Shown here piece after piece: positions 39,332 through 48,791 of a DNA stretch of 64,000 nucleotides. The position numbers and the translations under genes were made by a program. This stretch comes from Minisyncoccota bacterium (GTDB taxonomy: Bacteria; Patescibacteriota; Minisyncoccia; Phycocordibacterales; UBA1006): assembly GCA_036405175.1 (NCBI GenBank), contig DASWYC010000002.1, positions 537,080 through 601,079 on the forward strand, read 5' to 3'. Positions within the stretch are counted from its first letter, which is position 1. Every line of letters starts with the position of its first letter. A model generated the notes under the pieces. That model did not search any database and was not told the DNA's origin. It saw only the letters and a list, made by a program, of their open reading frames with translations.

Positions 39332-39338
39332 TATAAAT

Positions 39339-41549
39339 ATGAAAGAAACTGTGTACACATTTACACATCCGCTCTTGGGCACATCGCCTTTGACGGTAAC
39401 GTTTACGGATCTTGCCAATCAGGCAGATTCAAACATTCTTATCAGCCATAACGACACCGTGCTTCACGTTGCCGTTTGTACTGGTGATGATGCAGAAAAA
39501 AACCCAGGATACCTTAACTTAACCGTTGAATATCAGGAGCGCTACTATGCAGCTGGGAAAATTCTTGGAGCTCGCTACACCCGTAGAGAAGGAGCACCTT
39601 CAACACGATCAATTATCGTTTCACGTATTATTGATCGCACCATTCGTCCGCTCATTCCATCACATATTAAAAACTCAATGCAGCTGGTAATTACCGCGCT
39701 TTCACTTGGTGAAACCGACCCAAGTATTTTAGGAGTTATTGGAGCATCAATTGCGCTTACGCACAGTAGTATTCCATTTAATGGTCCCGTATCTGCGCTT
39801 TCAATGATTCAAACAGCACCCGATGCACCAAAAATATATTTTGCGCGCAAACCAGAAGGAACCGATGCATGGCATATTGATAGTATTATCTGCGGTAACG
39901 AGCAGGGAATTGATATGATCGAGGCGTCATTCAAAGAACTTACCGAGAAAGAAGTTGCCGCAATTATTACCGAATCTGAAAAATTCATTGAAGAGCTTAA
40001 TAAGTGGCAACTCACGCTTCCTAATTTGTCTCAAAAAATGAAGTTTGCAGAAGCGCCAACCGATGAACGCATCACCAAATTCTTTGAAGATCAAGGACGC
40101 ACCATGATTGTTGAACATTTATTTGCCAACTTTGAACTCACCACCAAAGCACGTATTAAAAATCTCACCAAAGAAGTCCTTGCAGCATTTGAAGAATCTG
40201 TTGGTGTTGAAGAATTTCCACTTCTTAAACGTTCATTCTTAGACGTTTTGGATACCGAGATGGATGTTGCGCTTCATGAACAGGGAATCAATAATAAGAA
40301 GCGTTCTGATGGCCGCAATCTTAATACGGTGCGCCCACTCTTTGCCAAAGCAGGAGCAGGATTGCCACGCGTTCATGGATCAGGAATTTTTTACCGAGGA
40401 GAAACGCATGTGCTTGCAACAGCAACGCTTGCTGGACCAGAAGGATATTTGTTTGAAGAGCACATGGAGCAGCAACAAGATAAACGATTCTTTTTGCACT
40501 ACAATTTCCCACCATTTTCTGTTGGAGAAACAGGACGCATGGGAGGAATTAACCGCCGCAGTACCGGACACGGAATGCTTGCAGAAAAAGCATTGTTGGC
40601 AGTTATTCCAACTGAGCTTGAATTCCCATACACCATCCGTGTTGTGAGTGAATGCTTGGCATCAAATGGTTCAACTTCACAAGGAACTATTTGTGCAGGA
40701 ACCTTGGCACTTATGGATGCGGGAGTTCCTATCTCTGCACCAGTAGTTGGAATTTCTATTGGACTCTTGTATGAAAATCCTAACAAATATGTTTTGTTAA
40801 CCGATATTCAAGGACCAGAAGATCATCACGGAGATATGGATTTTAAAATTGCGGGAACCAAAAATGGAATTACCGCAATCCAACTTGATATTAAATTGTC
40901 TGGAATTTCTTCAAAAATCTTGATTGAAGCATTGAGTGAATCACGCACCGCACATACAACGCTTCTTAAATCAATTACCGATGTGATTTCTGAGCCACGT
41001 GCACAGCTTTCTGAGTACGCACCACGTATTGAAGTGCTTCAGGTTGCTGAGGAAAAGATTGGTAAGGTTATTGGTCCAAAGGGAGAAACTATTCAAAATC
41101 TTCAAAAAGAAACTCAAACTATTATTACCGTCAAAGACGATGGAACGGTAATTATTTCTGGTTCACAAGATGGGGCAAAAGCCGCGCGTAGTTTTATTGA
41201 AACGCTTACCAAAGAATGGAAGATTGGTGATAGAACTGAAGGAGTTATTGTGAAAATCCTTGATGAAATTGGTGCGATTGTTGAATTTGCTAAGGGAGTT
41301 GATGGAATGGTGCACATTTCTGAAATTGGAAACTTCCGCGTTCGTGCTGTATCTGATGTGCTTAAGCAGGGGATGACGGTGCCGGTAACCATTATTAATA
41401 TTGATAGAGAACGTGGCAAAATCTCACTCTCAATTAAAAAAGATAATCCTGAATTCATTAAAATCAGCGAGGTTCCACAAGCTGCACAAGCACCTCGCAA
41501 TGCACCCCAAAAACCAACTCAACGAGAACGCTTGCAAGAAGAAGAATAG
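39339..41549 (+). CDS. pnp: Polyribonucleotide nucleotidyltransferase (PNPase)
   Basis: SRIIDRTIRP, HYNFPPFSVGE, GHGMLAEKAL, SNGSTS, GDMDFKIAGT; KH and S1 domains. Confidence 0.97.
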   Translation: MKETVYTFTHPLLGTSPLTVTFTDLANQADSNILISHNDTVLHVAVCTGDDAEKNPGYLNLTVEYQERYYAAGKILGARYTRREGAPSTRSIIVSRIIDRTIRPLIPSHIKNSMQLVITALSLGETDPSILGVIGASIALTHSSIPFNGPVSALSMIQTAPDAPKIYFARKPEGTDAWHIDSIICGNEQGIDMIEASFKELTEKEVAAIITESEKFIEELNKWQLTLPNLSQKMKFAEAPTDERITKFFEDQGRTMIVEHLFANFELTTKARIKNLTKEVLAAFEESVGVEEFPLLKRSFLDVLDTEMDVALHEQGINNKKRSDGRNLNTVRPLFAKAGAGLPRVHGSGIFYRGETHVLATATLAGPEGYLFEEHMEQQQDKRFFLHYNFPPFSVGETGRMGGINRRSTGHGMLAEKALLAVIPTELEFPYTIRVVSECLASNGSTSQGTICAGTLALMDAGVPISAPVVGISIGLLYENPNKYVLLTDIQGPEDHHGDMDFKIAGTKNGITAIQLDIKLSGISSKILIEALSESRTAHTTLLKSITDVISEPRAQLSEYAPRIEVLQVAEEKIGKVIGPKGETIQNLQKETQTIITVKDDGTVIISGSQDGAKAARSFIETLTKEWKIGDRTEGVIVKILDEIGAIVEFAKGVDGMVHISEIGNFRVRAVSDVLKQGMTVPVTIINIDRERGKISLSIKKDNPEFIKISEVPQAAQAPRNAPQKPTQRERLQEEE

Positions 41550-41623
41550 ATTTATTAAAGCTCCACATATGTGGAGCTTTAATTTTCTAAACAGATTATT
41601 GCAAGTGCTTTTAAGGTCTTCTC

Positions 41624-41734
41624 AAATCTCTATCATCAAGCAGTCGCGCAGCGGCTGATAATGAGCACATGGTGCGAATATATCAGACCGCGAGCGTAGG
41701 CCCGGTAGAGGCCGCTGCGCGATGATAGAGATTT
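41624..41734 (+). repeat. Structured intergenic repeat, copy 4 of 5 (short-loop variant)
   Basis: Core GCAGTCGCGCAGCGGCTGATA...TATCAGACCGCGAGCGTAGGC...GCCGCTGC inside a perfect 14-bp IR AAATCTCTATCATC/GATGATAGAGATTT. Confidence 0.92.
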
Positions 41735-41757
41735 AATATGAGCTATAATAAAACCAC

Positions 41758-43113
41758 ATGTTGATCAAACAAGTTTTTATTGTCACCGAATGCAATACTA
41801 CCAAAGCAGAGGATCTTTGGTATCAAGATGTTGCTCGTCATCTTCAGGCGATTTTTGACATTAAATCTTTTTTGATTGATCTTACCCAGGTAAAAACAGA
41901 AGATGATCTTAAAAAACAACAACAAGAATTTGAACTCATCACTCGTTCAATGCGCGATCCGTTTTTAATCATTTCTCACGGCATTGGATCACGCATGGTA
42001 ACGCAATCACAGATACTTACCCGCATGCCACATATTATGGTGGCGCCGTATTTGTATCACAGCTCTAATCATGAGTACGAAGCAATCGCGCAACCATTTA
42101 ATTTTCTTCCATTTGGATGGCCAGAGCTTGAAAAATTTACCGATACGTTTCTTATTGAACTTGGTGGCGATACCTTAATTGACAAAATTTCACACAAGGA
42201 AGCAGGAACGTTGCGCCAACTTCACTTTCATTACGTGCCATATGATGGACACGGTGCAATAACTGGTTCACACAATGAGCAAATTCCTGATATCACCGCA
42301 GAAGTTATGCGTATTATGGTGCAACGTGGTTACGCATTAGAAAATGAAAAGTTTTTGCAATTCAAAAAAGAACTCACCGTGCATCCGCTCCATATCACAC
42401 CAGCTATTGAAATTGAAACACTCAGTCGCGAGCTTGCGTTAGCAACATCAGAAACAAGCCCTGCAGCAATTTCTGCGTTGTTGCGTGAAGCGCGTGAAAA
42501 AGAAGCTTTCTATGCAAAAGTGACTCATGCTCGTAAAGATAAATTTGATAAGCAAATTGCAATCCTTGTGCTTATCTTTGGTATTTTTGCACTCATCATT
42601 ATTTTATTAAACGACACAATCTCATTTACTGCACCAAAACCAGTCACTACTCAAACCGGAATCTATATACAGACGCCATATATTAAAAACGTACTCGCAT
42701 CAAACGACACTGTTTTGTTTGAAACTTCAAAAAATTCACAAGAGATTTTTAATCGCAAAACATATTTAATTGATAAAGGAATAAGTGAAGCAATTCTTGT
42801 AACATCTGGGTTTGAAGATGTATACCTCATAGAAGCTCCAAAATCGCCTCGTACGATTCTTTTTGAGATAAATGACACAACTGCATATCTTTCTCAACAA
42901 GATGATCTTATGCGTGCTTTCTTGCGTGTACCGATGACTGAGAAATTAGATGTTGAGTTTAACCTTGAGCAACAACTCTATTCAATTACCTACAAAGACA
43001 TAACCCTCTACTCAACCTGTGTTTCAGGAACCATATGTGGAATGTCTACCAACAAAGATTTACTCTTAAAAATGAAGTCTGAAATATTTAGCAGCGACAC
43101 GATTAAAAAATAA
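41758..43113 (+). CDS. Membrane protein with a degenerate N-terminal alpha/beta-hydrolase-like domain
   Basis: WYQ, IISHGIG, MVAP, GGD, GHG resemble the YdeN/RBBP9 layout; one central TM. Confidence 0.55.
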   Translation: MLIKQVFIVTECNTTKAEDLWYQDVARHLQAIFDIKSFLIDLTQVKTEDDLKKQQQEFELITRSMRDPFLIISHGIGSRMVTQSQILTRMPHIMVAPYLYHSSNHEYEAIAQPFNFLPFGWPELEKFTDTFLIELGGDTLIDKISHKEAGTLRQLHFHYVPYDGHGAITGSHNEQIPDITAEVMRIMVQRGYALENEKFLQFKKELTVHPLHITPAIEIETLSRELALATSETSPAAISALLREAREKEAFYAKVTHARKDKFDKQIAILVLIFGIFALIIILLNDTISFTAPKPVTTQTGIYIQTPYIKNVLASNDTVLFETSKNSQEIFNRKTYLIDKGISEAILVTSGFEDVYLIEAPKSPRTILFEINDTTAYLSQQDDLMRAFLRVPMTEKLDVEFNLEQQLYSITYKDITLYSTCVSGTICGMSTNKDLLLKMKSEIFSSDTIKK

Positions 43114-43239
43114 CCAAAAAATTGGTTATTTTTTACTTTACGTGGATTATTATTGAGCGCTAAGCTGTATCTGGAATCAGTTATTGGTCCACCATGTTTC
43201 CACTTGACTTACCGTCCTAGGTTGCTACAATCACCCCTA

Positions 43240-43542
43240 ATGACAGCTAAACCAAACCCTAAGGGTACTCAAGGAAAAATGACTCGAGAAGAGTTTTTTC
43301 AACGACTTTTAAAGGAAAAAAAGGAGATTGAGGCCTTGATGGCACATTATGGACACAAGACTGATGGGGGAGAATGGGTAAGCAATGTTACTGAAGAAAA
43401 CAGTGGATCTGAGGGTGATGATGCCGATCAAGCTGACCAGTTTGAAACTGAGGCAAAAAATGCGACCATTCTTGCAACCCTTGAGGAACGCCTTGTGCAA
43501 GTTAACGCAAAAATCAAGGAGTTTGAATCATCCGCTAAATAA
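43240..43542 (+). CDS. DksA/TraR-like coiled-coil protein lacking the C4 zinc finger
   Basis: RLLKEKKEIE...DDADQA (DxxDxA)...LEERLVQVNAKI, then stop. Confidence 0.6.
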   Translation: MTAKPNPKGTQGKMTREEFFQRLLKEKKEIEALMAHYGHKTDGGEWVSNVTEENSGSEGDDADQADQFETEAKNATILATLEERLVQVNAKIKEFESSAK

Positions 43543-43545
43543 TTA

Positions 43546-45078
43546 ATGACCGATAAAATTTCATATGCACGATGCTACACCATTCAACCAAGCTTGAGGG
43601 GTGGTAGTTTAGTGTGTGTAGAAGCTGACGTTACCAGAAACTTATTCAATTACACCGTTGTTGGACTCCCGGATAAAGGAGTTCAAGAATCCAGTGAGCG
43701 CATTCATGGTGCACTTAAAAATAGTGGACTTCCGTCACCAAAGCAGGGATCACTTAAAACAACTATTTCATTATCACCGAGCAATCTTAAAAAAGAGGGT
43801 TCGCATTATGATGCACCGATTGCACTAGCATTTTTATCTGCATTGGAAGGATTTCCAATTCCTGGTGATTGTTTAATTGGTGGTGAACTTACGTTGTTTG
43901 GTGAAGTATTGCCTATTCAAGGTGTACTTTCGTTTGCCTATGCAGCATTGCGAGAAGGGAAAACAAGGTTATTTGTACCTACTCAACATGTTGAGATTCT
44001 AAGCATGTTTAATGATTTAGAGATTTATGGATTTTCAACGATTCGTGAATTGGTGAATCATTTTAAAGAGATTGAAGTTATTCTGCCAGCGCACCCTACT
44101 ATATTTAATCAAACAAATAATTCTATTCTCTATGAATTAGGAGATGTTGTTGGACAAGATCATGCATTGCGTAGTTGCTTAATTGCAGCATGTGGTCACC
44201 ATAATTGCAGTTTTTATGGACCACCGGGAACCGGCAAAACCATGCTTGCCCGAGCACTTGCTGATTTGTTGCCGCCACTTTCATATACTGAAGCACTCGA
44301 GACCTATGAGATTTACTCCTATACTCATGAATCTTTTTCTCAATTACCAACAAAAGCTCCTTTTAGAACTCCTCATCATACTTCGAGTTATGTAGCACTA
44401 CTAGGTGGAGGATCATCAGTTCAGCCTGGTGAAATCTCTTTAGCACACAATGGCGTATTGTTTATGGATGAATTTCCTGAATTTGAAACACGTGTTTTAG
44501 AAGCGTTGCGTCAACCGCTTGAAGATAAACAGATTGTAGTAGCACGCGTGAAACAAACCATAGTATTGCCAGCACGTTTCTTACTCATAACTGCATTGAA
44601 TCCGTGCCCGTGTGGCTATAGATTTTCTGATCACAAAGTCTGCACCTGTACGCAACAACAGCTTTTAAAATATAGAAAGAAGTTGAGTGGTCCTATTATG
44701 GATAGAATTGATATGTGGATTCCGGTGCTTCATACATCGCTTCAAAATATTAGCACCGCAAAGGGGGCACCAAAAACTGCTGAATATCGGAATAGTATTC
44801 AAAAAACTCAAGAAGCAATTAAAGAGCGCTCTTTAAATCTCTTTAAAAAAGAACTTCACAATAGTGAACTTTCGCTTAAACAACTACAAATGCTGCCGAT
44901 TTCTGACCGTGCTCGCCAAATTCTGATTGGTTCATGTGAAAAGTTAGGGTTATCGCCCCGCGTATTCTTAAAGATTTATAAACTCGCCCGAACCATTGCC
45001 GACATTGAACAATCAGCATCTATTCAAGAAAACCATGTTTTGGAAGCGCTCCAACAACGCAAGCCACCCCAACTTTAA
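43546..45078 (+). CDS. comM: ComM/YifB Mg-chelatase-like AAA+ ATPase
   Basis: VGLPD, KKEGSHYD, GPPGTGKTMLA, PFRTPHHT, PGEISLAHNGVLFMDE, NPCPCG, ARTIAD. Confidence 0.95.
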   Translation: MTDKISYARCYTIQPSLRGGSLVCVEADVTRNLFNYTVVGLPDKGVQESSERIHGALKNSGLPSPKQGSLKTTISLSPSNLKKEGSHYDAPIALAFLSALEGFPIPGDCLIGGELTLFGEVLPIQGVLSFAYAALREGKTRLFVPTQHVEILSMFNDLEIYGFSTIRELVNHFKEIEVILPAHPTIFNQTNNSILYELGDVVGQDHALRSCLIAACGHHNCSFYGPPGTGKTMLARALADLLPPLSYTEALETYEIYSYTHESFSQLPTKAPFRTPHHTSSYVALLGGGSSVQPGEISLAHNGVLFMDEFPEFETRVLEALRQPLEDKQIVVARVKQTIVLPARFLLITALNPCPCGYRFSDHKVCTCTQQQLLKYRKKLSGPIMDRIDMWIPVLHTSLQNISTAKGAPKTAEYRNSIQKTQEAIKERSLNLFKKELHNSELSLKQLQMLPISDRARQILIGSCEKLGLSPRVFLKIYKLARTIADIEQSASIQENHVLEALQQRKPPQL

Positions 45079-45135
45079 CGTGAGTAATTTTTGATTAAAA
45101 AATATAGCCAGAATTATTCTGGCTTTTTATATTCC

Positions 45136-45254
45136 AAACACTTCTTGTGGAGCAGTCGCGCAGTGGCTGATACGAGCGCCATTGCGTAGCTTTGGCGCGA
45201 CCATATCAGACCACGAGCGTAGGGTCGTAGCCCGCTGCGACACAAGAAGTGTTT
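45136..45254 (+). repeat. Structured intergenic repeat, copy 5 of 5
   Basis: Core GCAGTCGCGCAGTGGCTGATA...TATCAGACCACGAGCGTAGGG...CCCGCTGC inside a perfect 14-bp IR AAACACTTCTTGTG/CACAAGAAGTGTTT. Confidence 0.92.
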
Positions 45255-45255
45255 A

Positions 45256-46266
45256 TTAACACGCTGTCATCCCAAATGATACACATGGAATTGGTGGACC
45301 GTTACGAATTTCAAAATGAAGGTGAGGACCAGTTGATTGCCCGGTATTTCCTGATTCTCCAATCACCGTTCCTTGTGAAACATACTCACCAACTGATACA
45401 AAGTTTTTTGAATGGTGTGCATACAATGTCTGTGATCCGTTTGCGTGCTCAATAACAATATAGGTTCCATATCCACCACCCCATCCACCTGATGAAGCAA
45501 TGATTACCGTTCCACTCATTGAGGCAACTACAGGAGTTCCAACAGGTGCGCCAATATCGATTGCGCGGAAACGTCCATGATATCCTTGTGTTTTTACTCC
45601 TTTACCAGCAAGCGGATGTTTATACGATGAACTTCCAGCGCCAGAGCTACTTGTTGCTTTTTCTTTCTTAGCAATCTTTTCAAGCACTTTTGGTGTTTGT
45701 TTTGGCTTTACGGGTGTTGCAACCACAAGAGGTTCTGCTCCTGGAACAATGATTTTATCGCCAACCTTAATCGTTCCTTCACCGTCAATACTGTTAAAAT
45801 CACGAATTTCAGATTCTTGTGCTTTATATAATTGTGCAATTTTAGAAATAGTTTCTCCTGATTTCACGACGTGGGTCACTCCATCAACTGGCAAAATTAC
45901 CAATTGCTGCCCAACTTTAAGTGCATCTTTAGCATTTAAACCATTTTGCCATCGAATAGTGTTTACGGTTACGCCAAATTTCTGTGAAAGAGAAGAAAGA
46001 GTATCGCCAGTTTGAACCGTATAGGTGGTAATATCTCCGTATTCTTCATCATCAGGATCAACAATTCCTTCTTCAGAAATTGATTCAAATCCGCGAGAAC
46101 TCAAAATGAGTGGCATCTCGGTTGGTGTTGGCATGGTATCTGCCGTTAAACTTTGTTTTGAAAGTAAATCAACGTGATCATTCACCACAGCATCTTGAGC
46201 CTGTGCCTTACTTGAATGAATTAAAATACTGATTCCAGCAAGCAATAAACACCCCACCCCAAGCAC
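45256..46266 (-). CDS. Protein with two LysM domains and an M23 peptidoglycan peptidase domain (start uncertain)
   Basis: YTVQTGDTL, HVVKSGETI, AIDIGAP, TLYAH, STGPHLHFEIR. Confidence 0.93.
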   Translation of the reverse strand: MLGVGCLLLAGISILIHSSKAQAQDAVVNDHVDLLSKQSLTADTMPTPTEMPLILSSRGFESISEEGIVDPDDEEYGDITTYTVQTGDTLSSLSQKFGVTVNTIRWQNGLNAKDALKVGQQLVILPVDGVTHVVKSGETISKIAQLYKAQESEIRDFNSIDGEGTIKVGDKIIVPGAEPLVVATPVKPKQTPKVLEKIAKKEKATSSSGAGSSSYKHPLAGKGVKTQGYHGRFRAIDIGAPVGTPVVASMSGTVIIASSGGWGGGYGTYIVIEHANGSQTLYAHHSKNFVSVGEYVSQGTVIGESGNTGQSTGPHLHFEIRNGPPIPCVSFGMTAC

Positions 46267-46585
46267 AAGGCGTAGGGAGAAGGTTTTTTTGAAGGTCCGC
46301 CTAGGCGGTACACGATCTTGAGGTGGTTGGAATAAAATAAGCCGTAAATAAGGAAATGTGTGTCACAATACACTCCTTAGCGATTCAGATGGTCGGTCAT
46401 GACGGTCAAGCAGAGAGTTCTGAAAATAGCTCATTTAGCATACCATGCGCGTATTAGCGCACACATCTTTACCCGGCAATTTTTCTATGGTGTAACCGTA
46501 TTTTCATGAATTTTTTCTTCATTTATAAGGATTATCAAAAATAACTGATTTTCTTGTGATGGGTCTGTCTGGTACCATAGATATC

Positions 46586-48523
46586 ATGACTCATTTCCTA
46601 GAAACACTTAACAACGAACAACGAGACGCTGTAATGACTACTGACGGAGCCCTCCTTATTGTGGCTGGAGCAGGAACCGGTAAAACCAAGACCTTAACCT
46701 CACGAATAGCGTATTTAATAGAGCAGGGGGTTGACCCAAAATCAATCCTCGCAGTCACCTTTACCAATAAAGCAGCCAAGGAAATGCGAGAGCGTATTGC
46801 TCACTTAACAAATCTTGAATACTATAACTCACCCCTCCTGTTAACATTTCACTCGCTTGGTGTATATATTTTACGTAATTTTGGGCAACCATTTGGGGTG
46901 CCAAAGAATTTCCGCATCATAGATATTGATGATTGTGAGGATTTAATCAAAGAAGCACTTACCAAGCTTGGATACAACACCAAACAATACGATCCGCGCA
47001 CCATTCAGAAATATATTTCTAAAATTCGTAATGAAAACAAGAATCCCGGAGAAATGGATGAGCAACGCTACGGCGGCCGGCCGCTGGATAGTATTGTTAA
47101 AAAAGTCTATCCACTTTATGAGGAATATAAAAAACGCGATAAATCATATGACTTTGACGATTTACTGGTGGTGACCCGCGATTTGATTAAGAAAAATAAA
47201 GATCTTCAGCAACAACTTAGTACTACCTGGAAATATGTTCATATTGATGAGTATCAGGATACCAACGAGCTTCAATATGAATTAGCTGACTTATTAGTAC
47301 AAGGCCATGGAAATATTTGCGTAGTAGGAGATGGGGATCAGACTATTTATTCATGGCGTGGAGCAACTATTCGTAATATTCTCCAATTTAGCCAAGACTT
47401 TCCTGGAGCTAAGCAGGTGATACTTAAATACAACTACCGTTCAACCAAAAGTATTCTTGATGCGGCTCATGCTGTGGTGTCAAAAAATGTGGCTCGTATT
47501 GATAAGGAGCTCCTTTCAACCAAAGAAGACGGTAAAAAGATTCAACTTGCCATGTATCGCACTGACAAAGAAGAAGCAGAAGCAGTGCTCAGAAGTATTA
47601 AGGATTTACTCAATAGTGGAATTTCTGAACACGAAATTGCGGTGCTATACCGCACCAACGCACAGTCACGCGCCCTCGAAGAAGCAGCGATTCATGCCGG
47701 TATTAATTACTCAATTACCGGGGTTCGCTTCTTTGATCGTAAAGAAATTAAGGATATTGTTGGTTACTTGCGATTATTGCTTGAACCAACCAGTCTGGTT
47801 GATATTAAACGCGTAGTAAATGTGCCTACGCGCGGTATTGGTCCGGCATCGGTTGCAAAAATTATTTCCGGCGACATTAATGGTCTTTCTCCAAAAGCAC
47901 GCGCATCATATGAAGAATTTAGCAATGTAATTCTTCATTCAAAAAAGTTCTTGCAAACCAACACCCTTCACGAAACAATTCTTGAATTGTTAAAGAAAGC
48001 AAAATTCCTTGAACAATACAGCGAATCAAATCCTGAAGATTTAGAACGCCTTCAGAACATTGACGAATTAATTAACTACGCATCACAGTTTGGCAATCTT
48101 CCTGGAGAAGAAGCACTCATTTTGATGCTTGATGAAGTTATGTTGATGTCTGGAACCGAGCAGTCACGCAAGAGTGATTCTTCTGAGCAAATTAAAAGTG
48201 TTAGCTTTATGACCATTCACAGCGCAAAAGGTCTTGAATTTAATGCGGTGTTTATTGTTGGACTTGAAGAGGGAATTTTTCCAAGCATGCGCGCAGAAAC
48301 AAAAGAATTGGAAGAGGAGCGTCGGCTTATGTATGTCGCAATTACGCGAGCAAAAGAAGAACTCTTTCTTTCTTATTGTTCTATGCGCCGTATTTATGGG
48401 CAGCTCACATTTTCACTCCCATCTCAATTCATTAATGATATTCCTCACACACTTATTGAATCTCAATTACCAAGTAAACAAAATGATAAATCACTGCCAA
48501 CCATTTATTTTGATGATTTTTAA
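46586..48523 (+). CDS. pcrA: ATP-dependent DNA helicase PcrA/UvrD
   Basis: AGAGTGKT, TFTNKAA, DEYQDTN, VGDGDQTIY, TIHSAKGLEF, EERRLMYVAITRA. Confidence 0.95.
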   Translation: MTHFLETLNNEQRDAVMTTDGALLIVAGAGTGKTKTLTSRIAYLIEQGVDPKSILAVTFTNKAAKEMRERIAHLTNLEYYNSPLLLTFHSLGVYILRNFGQPFGVPKNFRIIDIDDCEDLIKEALTKLGYNTKQYDPRTIQKYISKIRNENKNPGEMDEQRYGGRPLDSIVKKVYPLYEEYKKRDKSYDFDDLLVVTRDLIKKNKDLQQQLSTTWKYVHIDEYQDTNELQYELADLLVQGHGNICVVGDGDQTIYSWRGATIRNILQFSQDFPGAKQVILKYNYRSTKSILDAAHAVVSKNVARIDKELLSTKEDGKKIQLAMYRTDKEEAEAVLRSIKDLLNSGISEHEIAVLYRTNAQSRALEEAAIHAGINYSITGVRFFDRKEIKDIVGYLRLLLEPTSLVDIKRVVNVPTRGIGPASVAKIISGDINGLSPKARASYEEFSNVILHSKKFLQTNTLHETILELLKKAKFLEQYSESNPEDLERLQNIDELINYASQFGNLPGEEALILMLDEVMLMSGTEQSRKSDSSEQIKSVSFMTIHSAKGLEFNAVFIVGLEEGIFPSMRAETKELEEERRLMYVAITRAKEELFLSYCSMRRIYGQLTFSLPSQFINDIPHTLIESQLPSKQNDKSLPTIYFDDF

Positions 48524-48791
48524 TAAAAGTATCCTAGAGAAAAACCCCAGAAACAAGGCTCCTGGGATTTCTTTAATCTATTTTATTTTGTAATAATCTA
48601 TCTTTTGAGATTACTCTTGTTTTTTCTTTCGTCAAGTTAATAAAAAGAAGTGCTAGAAACTCTCTAACACTTCCATAATCAAACTCAAAACACCTATTGT
48701 TATTCTTCCTTTCTTTCTAATTTGTAATTTAATTATAGTTTTATAAAAATTTTTGTCAAAAATATTTTTAACATGCGATATACTAATACGT

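Noticed and set aside
5686-45254. Five-copy element as a CRISPR array, hammerhead ribozyme or riboswitch
   Set aside because: Copies are dispersed rather than tandem with spacers, and no cas genes are present. CTGATA is not followed by the hammerhead CUGANGA/GAAA core. Orientation is independent of the neighbouring genes.
46375-46430. c-di-AMP riboswitch upstream of the LysM-M23 gene (CTGAATC seen)
   Set aside because: The downstream GGGGGAACC-type conserved segments and the pseudo-symmetric fold are not visible.
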